Positions 12,101 to 24,100 of a stretch of DNA of 64,000 bases are shown one piece after another (position 1 is the first letter of the stretch; each line of letters opens with the position of its first letter). A program made the translations under genes and the position numbers. The notes beneath the pieces were generated by a model. That model had not been told where the DNA came from, searched no databases, and saw nothing but the letters and a program-made list of their open reading frames with translations. The stretch lies in the NCBI RefSeq assembly GCF_009914755.1, contig NC_060947.1; one strand, written 5' to 3'. This stretch comes from the human T2T-CHM13v2.0 reference genome, Homo sapiens.

Positions 12101-15100
12101 CAAAATATACACTTGCAGATTCTACTACAAGGGTGTTGCAAACCTGAACTATCAAAGGAAGGTTCAACTCTGTGAGTTGAATACAAACATCACAAAGAAT
12201 GTTCTGAGTTTGCTTCCGTTCAGTTATGGGAAGTTGATCCCGTTTCCAACGAAATCCTCAGAGAGGTCCAAATATCCCCTTGCAGATTCTACAAAACGTG
12301 TGTTTGGAAACTGCTCCATCATAACGAATGTTCAGCTCCCTGAGTTAAACTCCATCGTCACAAAGAATTTTCTGAGAGTGCTACCGTCTGGTTTTTATAT
12401 GAAGTTCTTTCCTTCACTACCACAGGCCTCAAAGCGGTCCAAATCTCCACTTGCAGATTCTACAAAAAGAGTGTTTGCAAACTGCTCTATCAAAAGGAAT
12501 GTTCAACTCTGGGAGTTGAATGCAATCATCACAGAGCAGTTTCTGAGAATGCTTCTATGTCGTTTTTAGGAGAAGATATTTCCTTTTCCAACACAGTCCT
12601 CCAAGCCCGCTAAATAGCCACTTGCACATTGTAGAAAAAGTGTGTCAAAGCTGCGCTATCAAAGGGAAAGTTCAACTCTGTGAGGTGAATGCAAACATCC
12701 CAAAGAAGTTTCTGAGAATGCTTCCGTTTAGCTTTTAGGTGAAGATTATCCCGTTTCCAACGAAACCTTCAAAGAGGTCCAAATATCCCCTTGCGGATCC
12801 CACAGAAAGAGTGTTTCGAAACTGCTGTTTCAAAAGGAATCTTCAACTCTGTGAGTTGAATGCAATCATCACAAAGAAGTTTCTGACAATGCTTCTCTCT
12901 CGTCTTTCTGTGAAGATAAAGGAAAAGGCTTTCAGGCCTTTTCCACCACAGGCCTGAAAGCGCTCCAAATGTCCACTTGCAGATTCTGCCAAAAGAATAT
13001 TTCAAAACTGCTCTATGAAAAGCAATGTTAAACTCTGTGGCTCGAACACAAACATCACAAAGCAGTTTCTGAGAATGCTTCAGTTTAGTTTTTCTGTGGA
13101 AATATTCCCGTTTCCAAAGAAATCTTCAAAGAGGTCCACGTATGCACTTACAGATTCTACAAAAAGACAGTTTCAAAACTGCTCCATCAAAAGGAGGGTT
13201 CAACTGTGTGACTTGAATGCAATCATCACTCAGAAGTTTCTGAGAATGCTTCTCTTTAGTTTTTACGTGAACATATACCCGTTTCGAACGAAGGCCACCC
13301 AGTGGTCCAAATATCCACTTGCAGATTCTACAGAAAGAGTGTTTCGAACCTGAACTCTCAAAGGCAGGTTCATCTCTGTTAGTTAAATGCATTCATCATG
13401 AAGAACTTTCTCAGAGTGTTTGTGTTTAGTTATGGGAAATTATTCCCGTTTCCAACGAAATCCTCAGAGAGCTCCAAATATCCACCTGCAGATTCTACCA
13501 AAAGTGTATTTGGAAACTGCTCCATCAAAAGGCATGTTCAGCTCTGTGAGTGAAACTCCATCATCACAAAGAATATTCTGAGAATGCTTCCGTTTGCCTT
13601 TTATCTGAAGTTCCTTCCTATACGACCGTAGGCCTCAATGCAGTCCAAATCTCCATTTGCAGATTCTACAAAAAGAGTGATTCCAATCTGCTCTATCAAT
13701 AGGATTGTTCAACTCCATGAGTTGAATGCCATCCTCACAAAGTCGTTTCTGAGAATGCTTCTATCTAGTTTTTATGTGAAGATATTTCCTTTTCCACCAC
13801 AGGCCTCAAAGCCCTCCAAACGTCCACTTGCAGATTCTCGAAAAAGAGTGTTTCATAGCTGCTCTTTCAAAAGGAAAGTTCAACTCTGGGAGTTGAATAC
13901 AAACATCACAAAGTAGTTTCCGAGAATGCTTCTGTTTAGTTTTTATGTGAAGATGATCCCGTTTCCAGTGAAATCTTCAAAGAGGTCCACATATCCCCTT
14001 GCAGATTCCAAAGAAAGAGGGTTTCAAAACTGCTCCATCAGAAGGATTGTTCAACTCTGTGAGTTGAATGCAGTCATCGCAGAAAACTTTCTGAGAATGC
14101 TTCTGTCTAGGTTTGATGTGAAGATATAGACGTTTCAAACGAAGGCTACAAAGTGGTCAAAATATACACTTGCAGATTCTACTACAAGGGTGTTGCAAAC
14201 CTGAACTATCAAAGGAAGGTTCAACTCTGTGAGTTGAATACAAACATCACAAAGAATGTTCTGAGTTTGCTTCCGTTCAGTTATGGGAAGTTGATCCCGT
14301 TTCCAACGAAATCCTCAGAGAGGTCCAAATATCCCCTTGCAGATTCTACAAAACGTGTGTTTGGAAACTGCTCCATCATAACGAATGTTCAGCTCCCTGA
14401 GTTAAACTCCATCGTCACAAAGAATTTTCTGAGAGTGCTACCGTCTGGTTTTTATATGAAGTTCTTTCCTTCACTACCACAGACCTCAAAGCGGTCCAAA
14501 TCTCCACTTGCAGATTCTACAAAAAGAGTGTTTGCAAACTGCTCTATCAAAAGGAATGTTCAACTCTGGGAGTTGAATGCAATCATCACAGAGCAGTTTC
14601 TGAGAATGCTTCTATGTCGTTTTTAGGAGAAGATATTTCCTTTTCCAACACAGTCCTCCAAGCCCGCTAAATAGCCACTTGCACATTGTAGAAAAAGTGT
14701 GTCAAAGCTGCGCTATCAAAGGGAAAGTTCAACTCTGTGAGGTGAATGCAAACATCCCAAAGAAGTTTCTGAGAATGCTTCCGTTTAGCTTTTAGGTGAA
14801 GATTATCCCGTTTCCAACGAAACCTTCAAAGAGGTCCAAATATCCCCTTGCGGATCCCACAGAAAGAGTGTTTCGAAACTGCTGTTTCAAAAGGAATCTT
14901 CAACTCTGTGGGTTGAATGCAATCATCACAAAGAAGTTTCTGACAATGCTTCTCTCTCGTCTTTCTGTGAAGATAAAGGAAAAGGCTTTCAGGCCTTTTC
15001 CACCACAGGCCTGAAAGCGCTCCAAATGTCCACTTGCAGATTCTGCCAAAAGAATATTTCAAAACTGCTCTATGAAAAGCAATGTTAAACTCTGTGGCTC

Positions 15101-18100
15101 GAACACAAACATCACAAAGCAGTTTCTGAGAATGCTTCAGTTTAGTTTTTCTGTGGAAATATTCCCGTTTCCAAAGAAATCTTCAAAGAGGTCCACGTAT
15201 GCACTTACAGATTCTACAAAAAGACAGTTTCAAAACTGCTCCATCAAAAGGAGGGTTCAACTGTGTGACTTGAATGCAATCATCACTCAGAAGTTTCTGA
15301 GAATGCTTCTCTTTAGTTTTTACGTGAACATATACCCGTTTCGAACGAAGGCCACCCAGTGGTCCAAATATCCACTTGCAGATTCTACAGAAAGAGTGTT
15401 TCGAACCTGAACTCTCAAAGGCAGGTTCATCTCTGTTAGTTAAATGCATTCATCATGAAGAACTTTCTCAGAGTGTTTGTGTTTAGTTATGGGAAATTAT
15501 TCCCGTTTCCAACGAAATCCTCAGAGAGCTCCAAATATCCACCTGCAGATTCTACCAAAAGTGTATTTGGAAACTGCTCCATCAAAAGGCATGTTCAGCT
15601 CTGTGAGTGAAACTCCATCATCACAAAGAATATTCTGAGAATGCTTCCGTTTGCCTTTTATATGAAGTTCCTTCCTATACTACCGTAGGCCTCAAAGCAG
15701 TCCAAATCTCCATTTGCAGATTCTACAAAAAGAGTGATTCCAATCTGCTCTATCAATAGGATTGTTCAACTCCATGAGTTGAATGCCATCCTCACAAAGT
15801 CGTTTCTGAGAATGCTTCTATCTAGTTTTTATGTGAAGATATTTCCTTTTCCACCACAGGCCTCAAAGCCCTCCAAACGTCCACTTGCAGATTCTCGAAA
15901 AAGAGTGTTTCATAGCTGCTCTTTCAAAAGGAAAGTTCAACTCTGGGAGTTGAATACAAACATCACAAAGTAGTTTCCGAGAATGCTTCTGTTTAGTTTT
16001 TATGTGAAGATGATCCCGTTTCCAGTGAAATCTTCAAAGAGGTCCACATATCCCCTTGCAGATTCCAAAGAAAGAGGGTTTCAAAACTGCTCCATCAGAA
16101 GGATTGTTCATCTCTGTGAGTTGAATGCAGTCATCGCAGAAAACTTTCTGAGAATGCTTCTGTCTAGGTTTGATGTGAAGATATAGACGTTTCAAACGAA
16201 GGCTACAAAGTGGTCAAAATATACACTTGCAGATTCTACTACAAGGGTGTTGCAAACCTGAACTATCAAAGGAAGGTTCAACTCTGTGAGTTGAATACAA
16301 ACATCACAAAGAATGTTCTGAGTTTGCTTCCGTTCAGTTATGGGAAGTTGATCCCGTTTCCAACGAAATCCTCAGAGAGGTCCAAATATCCCCTTGCAGA
16401 TTCTACAAAACGTGTGTTTGGAAACTGCTCCATCATAACGAATGTTCAGCTCCCCGAGTTAAACTCCATCGTCACAAAGAATTTTCTGAGAGTGCTACCG
16501 TCTGGTTTTTATATGAAGTTCTTTCCTTCACTACCACAGGCCTCAAAGCGGTCCAAATCTCCACTTGCAGATTCTACAAAAAGAGTGTTTGCAAACTGCT
16601 CTATCAAAAGGAATGTTCAACTCTGGGAGTTGAATGCAATCATCACAGAGCAGTTTCTGAGAATGCTTCTATGTCGTTTTTAGGAGAAGATATTTCCTTT
16701 TCCAACACAGTCCTCCAAGCCCGCTAAATAGCCACTTGCACATTGTAGAAAACGTGTGTCAAAGCTGCGCTATCAAAGGGAAAGTTCAACTCTGTGAGGT
16801 GAATGCAAACATCCCAAAGAAGTTTCTGAGAATGCTTCCGTTTAGCTTTTAGGTGAAGATTATCCCGTTTCCAACGAAACCTTCAAAGAGGTCCAAATAT
16901 CCCCTTGCGGATCCCACAGAAAGAGTGTTTCGAAACTGCTGTTTCAAAAGGAATCTTCAACTCTGTGGGTTGAATGCAATCATCACAAAGAAGTTTCTGA
17001 CAATGCTTCTCTCTCGTCTTTCTGTGAAGATAAAGGAAAAGGCTTTCAGGCCTTTTCCACCACAGGCCTGAAAGCGCTCCAAATGTCCACTTGCAGATTC
17101 TGCCAAAAGAATATTTCAAAACTGCTCTATGAAAAGCAATGTTAAACTCTGTGGCTGGAACACAAACATCACAAAGCGGTTTCTGAGAATGTTTCAGTTT
17201 AGTTTTTCTGTGGAAATATTCCCGTTTCCAAAGAAATCTTCAAAGAGGTCCACGTATGCACTTACAGATTCTACAAAAAGACAGTTTCAAAACTGCTCCA
17301 TCAAAAGGAGGGTTCAACTGTGTGACTTGAATGCAATCATCACTCAGAAGTTTCTGAGAATGCTTCTCTTTAGTTTTTACGTGAACATATACCCGTTTCG
17401 AACGAAGGCCACCCAGTGGTCCAAATATCCACTTGCAGATTCTACAGAAAGAGTGTTTCGAACCTGAACTCTCAAAGGCAGGTTCATCTCTGCGAGTTAA
17501 ATGCATTCATCATGAAGAACTTTCTCAGAGTGTTTGTGTTTAGTTATGGGAAATTATTCCCGTTTCCAACGAAATCCTCAGAGAGCTCCAAATATCCACC
17601 TGCAGATTCTACCAAAAGTGTATTTGGAAACTGCTCCATCAAAAGGCATGTTCAGCTCTGTGAGTGAAACTCCATCATCACAAAGAATATTCTGAGAATG
17701 CTTCCGTTTGCCTTTTATATGAAGTTCCTTCCTATACTACCGTAGGCCTCAAAGCAGTCGAAATCTCCATTTGCAGATTCTACAAAAAGAGTGATTATAA
17801 TCTGCTCTATCAATAGGATTGTTCAACTCCATGAGTTGAATTCCATCCTCACAATGTCGTTTGTGAGAATGCTTCTATCTAGTTTTTATGTGAAGATATT
17901 TCCTTTTCCACCACAGGCCTCAAAGCCCTCCAAACGTCCACTTGCAGATTCTCGAAAAAGAGTGTTTCATAGCTGCTCTTTCAAAAGGAAAGTTCAACTC
18001 TGGGAGTTGAATACAAACATCCCAAAGTAGTTTCCGAGAATTCTTCTGTTTAGTTTTTATGTGAAGATGATCCCGTTTCCAGTGAAATCTTCAAAGAGGT

Positions 18101-21100
18101 CCACATATCCCCTTGCAGATTCCAAAGAAAGAGGGTTTCAAAACTGCTCCATCAGAAGGATTGTTCAACTCTGTGAGTTGAATGCAGTCATCGCAGAAAA
18201 CTTTCTGAGAATGCTTCTGTCTAGGTTTGATGTGAAGATATAGACGTTTCAAACGAAGGCTACAAAGTGGTCAAAATATACACTTGCAGATTCTACTACA
18301 AGGGTGTTACAAACCTGAACTATCAAAGGATGGTTCAACTCTGTGAGTTGAATACAAACATCACAAAGAATGTTCTGAGTTTGCTTCCGTTCAGTTATGG
18401 GAAGTTGATCCCGTTTCCAACGAAATCCTCAGAGAGGTCCAAATATCCCCTCGCAGATTCTACAAAACGTGTGTTTGGAAACTGCTCCATCATAACGAAT
18501 GTTCAGCTCCCTGAGTTAAACTCCATCGTCACAAAGAATTTTCTGAGAGTGCTACCGTCTGGTTTTTATATGAAGTTCTTTCCTTCACTACCACAGGCCT
18601 CAAAGCGGTCCAAATCTCCACTTGCAGATTCTACAAAAAGAGTGTTTGCAAACTGCTCTATCAAAAGGAATGTTCAACTCTGGGAGTTGAATGCAATCAT
18701 CACAGAGCAGTTTCTGAGAATGCTTCTATGTCGTTTTTAGGAGAAGATATTTCCTTTTCCAACACAGTCCTCCTAGCCCGCTAAATAGCCACTTGCACAT
18801 TGTAGAAAAAGTGTGTCAAAGCTGCGCTATCAAAGGGAAAGTTCAACTCTGTGAGGTGAATGCAAACATCCCAAAGAAGTTTCTGAGAATGCTTCCGTTT
18901 AGCTTTTAGGTGAAGATTATCCCGTTTCCAACGAAACCTTCAAAGAGGTCCAAATATCCCCTTGCGGATCCCACAGAAAGAGTGTTTCGAAACTGCTGTT
19001 TCAAAAGGAATCTTCAACTCTGTGAGTTGAATGCAATCATCACAAAGAAGTTTCTGACAATGCTTCTCTCTCGTCTTTCTGTGAAGATAAAGGAAAAGGC
19101 TTTCAGGCCTTTTCCACCACAGGCCTGAAAGCGCTCCAAATGTCCACTTGCAGATTCTGTGAAAAGAATATTGCAAAACTGCTCTATGAAAAGCAATGTT
19201 AAACTCTGTGGCTCGAACACAAACATCACAAAGCAGTTTCTGAGAATGCTTCAGTTTAGTTTTTCTGTGGAAATATTCCCGTTTCCAAAGAAATCTTCAA
19301 AGAGGTCCACGTATCCACTTACAGATTCTACAAAAAGACAGTTTCAAAACTGCTCCATCAAAAGGAGGGTTCAACTGTGTGACTTGAATGCAATCATCAC
19401 TCAGAAGTTTCTGAGAATGCTTCTCTTTAGTTTTTACGTGAACATATACCCGTTTCGAACGAAGGCCACCCAGTGGTCCAAATATCCACTTGCAGATTCT
19501 ACAGAAAGAGTGTTTCGAACCTGAACTCTCAAAGGCAGGTTCATCTCTGCGAGTTAAATGCATTCATCATGAAGAACTTTCTCAGAGTGTTTGTGTTTAG
19601 TTATGGGAAATTATTCCCGTTTCCAACGAAATCCTCAGAGAGCTCCAAATATCCACCTGCAGATTCTACCAAAAGTGTATTTGGAAACTGCTCCATCAAA
19701 AGGCATGTTCAGCTCTGTGAGTGAAACTCCATCATCACAAAGAATATTCTGAGAATGCTTCCGTTTGCCTTTTATATGAAGTTCCTTCCTATACTACCGT
19801 AGGCCTCAAAGCAGTCCAAATCTCCATTTGCAGATTCTACAAAAAGAGTGATTCCAATCTGCTCTATCAATAGGATTGTTCAACTCCATGAGTTGAATGC
19901 CATCCTCACAATGTCGTTTCTGAGAATGCTTCTATCTAGTTTTTATGTGAAGATATTTCCTTTTCCACCACAGGCCTCAAAGCCCTCCAAACGTCCACTT
20001 GCAGATTCTCGAAAAAGAGTGTTTCATAGCTGCTCTTTCAAAAGGAAAGTTCAACTCTGGGAGTTGAATACAAACATCACAAAGTAGTTTCCGAGAATGC
20101 TTCTGTTTAGTTTTTATGTGAAGATGATCCCGTTTCCAGTGAAATCTTCAAAGAGGTCCACATATCCCCTTGCAGATTCCAAAGAAAGAGGGTTTCAAAA
20201 CTGCTCCATCAGAAGGATTGTTCAACTCTGTGAGTTGAATGCAGTCATCGCAGAAAACTTTCTGAGAATGCTTCTGTCTAGGTTTGATGTGAAGATATAG
20301 ACGTTTCAAACGAAGGCTACAATGTGGTCAAAATATACACTTGCAGATTCTACTACAAGGGTGTTACAAACCTGAACTATCAAAGGATGGTTCAACTCTG
20401 TGAGTTGAATACAAACATCACAAAGAATGTTCTGAGTTTGCTTCCGTTCAGTTATGGGAAGTTGATCCCGTTTCCAACGAAATCCTCAGAGAGGTCCAAA
20501 TATCCCCTCGCAGATTCTACAAAACGTGTTTTTGGAAACTGCTCCATCATAACGAATGTTCAGCTCCCTGAGTTAAACTCCATCGTCACAAAGAATTTTC
20601 TGAGAGTGCTACCGTCTGGTTTTTATATGAAGTTCTTTCCTTCACTACCACAGGCCTCAAAGCGGTCCAAATCTCCACTTGCAGATTCTACAAAAAGAGT
20701 GTTTGCAAACTGCTCTATCAAAAGGAATGTTCAACTCTGGGAGTTGAATGCAATCATCACAGAGCAGTTTCTGAGAATGCTTCTATGTCGTTTTTAGGAG
20801 AAGATATTTCCTTTTCCAACACTGTCCTCCAAGCCCGCTAAATAGCCACTTGCACATTGTAGAAAAAGTGTGTCAAAGCTGCGCTATCAAAGGGAAAGTT
20901 CAACTCTGTGAGGTGAATGCAAACATCCCAAAGAAGTTTCTGAGAATGCTTCCGTTTATCTTTTAGGTGAAGATTATCCCGTTTCCAACGAAACCTTCAA
21001 AGAGGTCCAAATATCCCCTTGCGGATCCCACAGAAAGAGTGTTTCGAAACTGCTGTTTCAAAAGGAAAATCAACTCTGTGAGTTGAATGCAATCATCACA

Positions 21101-24100
21101 AAGAAGTTTCTGACAATGCTTCTCTCTCGTCTTTCTGTGAAGATAGAGGAAAAGGCTTTCAGGCCTTTTCCACCACAGGCCTGAAAGCGCTCCAAATGTC
21201 CACTTGCAGATTCTGCGAAAAGAATATTTCAAAACTTCTCTATGAAAAGCAATGTTAAACTCTGTGGCTCGAACACAAACATCACAAAGCAGTTTCAGAG
21301 AATGCTTCAGTTTAGTTTTTCTGTGGAAATATTCCCGTTTCCAAAGAAATCTTCAAAGAGGTCCACGTATCCACTTACAGATTCTACAAAAAGACAGTTT
21401 CAAAACTGCTCCATCAAAAGGAGGGTTCAACTATGTGACTTGAATGCAATCATCACTCAGAAGTTTCTGAGAATGCTTCTTTTTAGTTTTTATGTGAACA
21501 TATACCCGTTTCGAACGAAGGCCACCCAGTGGTCCAAATATCCACTTGCAGATTCTACAGAAAGAGTGTTTCGAACCTGAACTCTCAAAGGCAGGTTCAT
21601 CTCTGCGAGTTAAATGCATTCATCATGAAGAACTTTCTCAGAGTGTTTGTGTTTAGTTATGGGAAATTATTCCCGTTTCCAACGAAATCCTCAGAGAGCT
21701 CCAAATATCCACCTGCAGATTCTACCAAAAGTGTATTTGGAAACTGCTCCATCAAAAGGCATGTTCAGCTCTGTGAGTGAAACTCCATCATCACAAAGGA
21801 TATTCTGAGAATGCTTCCGTTTGCCTTTTATATGAAGTTCCTTCCTATACTACCGTAGGCCTCAAAGCAGTCCAAATCTCCATTTGCAGATTCTACAAAA
21901 AGAGTGATTCCAATCTGCTCTATCAATAGGATTGTTCAACTCCATGAGTTGAATTCCATCCTCACAATGTCGTTTGTGAGAATGCTTCTATCTAGTTTTT
22001 ATGTGAAGATATTTCCTTTTCCACCACAGGCCTCAAAGCCCTCCAAACGTCCACTTGCAGATTCTCGAAAAAGAGTGTTTCATAGCTGCTCTTTCAAAAG
22101 GAAAGTTCAACTCTGGGAGTTGAATACAAACATCCCAAAGTAGTTTCCGAGAATGCTTATATTTAGTTTTTATGTGAAGATGATCCCGTTTCCAGTGAAA
22201 TCTTCAAAGAGGTCCACATATCCCCTTGCAGATTCCAAAGAAAGAGGGTTTCAAAACTGCTCCATCAGAAGGATTGTTCAACTCTGTGAGTTGAATGCAG
22301 TCATCGCAGAAAACTTTCTAAGAATGCTTCTGTCTAGGTTTGATGTGAAGATATAGACGTTTCAAACGAAGGCTACAAAGTGGTCAAAATATACACTTGC
22401 AGATTCTACTACAAGGGTGTTGCAAACCTGAACTATCAAAGGAAGGTTCAACTCTGTGAGTTGAATACAAACATCACAAAGAATGTTCTGAGTTTGCTTC
22501 CGTTCAGTTATGGGAAGTTGATCCCGTTTCCAACGAAATCCTCAGAGAGGTCCAAATATCCCCTTGCAGATTCTACAAAACGTGTGTTTGGAAACTGCTC
22601 CATCATAACGAATGTTCAGCTCCCTGAGTTAAACTCCATCGTCACAAAGAATTTTCTGAGAGTGCTACCGTCTGGTTTTTATATGAAGTTCTTTCCTTCA
22701 CTACCACAGGCCTCAACGCGGTCCAAATCTCCACTTGCAGATTCTACAAAAAGAGTGTTTGCAAACTGCTCTATCAAAAGGAATGTTCAACTCTGGGAGT
22801 TGAATGCAATCATCACAGAGCAGTTTCTGAGAATGCTTCTATGTCGTTTTTAGGAGAAGATATTTCCTTTTCCAACACAGTCCTCCAAGCCCGCTAAATA
22901 GCCACTTGCACATTGTAGAAAAAGTGTGTCAAAGCTGCGCTATCAAAGGGAAAGTTCAACTCTGTGAGGTGAATGCAAACATCCCAAAGAAGTTTCTGAG
23001 AATGCTTCCGTTTAGCTTTTAGGTGAAGATAATCCCGTTTCCAACGAAACCTTCTAAGAGGTCCAAATATCCCCTTGCGGATCCCACAGAAAGAGTGTTT
23101 CGAAACTGCTGTTTCAAAAGGAATCTTCAACTCTGTGAGTTGAATGCAATCATCACAAAGAAGTTTCTGACAATGCTTCTCTCTCGTCTTTCTGTGAAGA
23201 TAAAGGAAAAGGCTTTCAGGCCTTTTCCACCACAGGCCTGAAAGCGCTCCAAATGTCCACTTGCAGATTCTGCGAAAAGAATATTTCAAAACTGCTCTAT
23301 GAAAAGCAATGTTAAACTCTGTGGCTTGAACACAAACATCACAAAGCGGTTTCTGAGAATGCTTCAGTTTAGTTTTTCTGTGGAAATATTCCCGTTTCCA
23401 AAGAAATCTTCAAAGAGGTCCACGTATCCACTTACAGATTCTACAAAAAGACAGTTTCAAAACTGCTCCATCAAAAGGAGGGTTCAACTGTGTGACTTGA
23501 ATGCAATCATCACTCAGAAGTTTCTGAGAATGCTTCTCTTTAGTTTTTACGTGAACATATAACCTTTTCGAACCAAGGCCAGCCAGTGGTCCAAATATCC
23601 ACTTGCAGATTCTACAGAAAGAATGTTTCGAACCTGAACTCTCAAAGGCAGGTTCATCTCTGCGAGTTAAATGCATTCATCATGAAGAACTTTCTCAGAG
23701 TGTTTGTGTTTAGTTATGGGAAATTATTCCCGTTTCCAACGAAATCCTCAGAGAGCTCCAAATATCCACCTGCAGATTCTACCAAAAGTGTATTTGGAAA
23801 CTGCTCCATCAAAAGGCATGTTCAGCTCTGTGAGTGAAACTCCATCATCACAAAGAATATTCTGAGAATGCTTCCGTTTGCCTTTTATATGAAGTTCCTT
23901 CCTATACTACCGTAGGCCTCAAAGCAGTCCAAATCTCCATTTGCAGATTCTACAAAAAGAGTGATTCCAATCTGCTCTATCAATAGGATTGTTCAACTCC
24001 ATGAGTTGAATGCCATCCTCACAAAGTAGTTTCTGAGAATGCTTCTATCTAGTTTTTATGTGAAGATATTTCCTTTTCCACCACAGGCCTCAAAGCCCTC

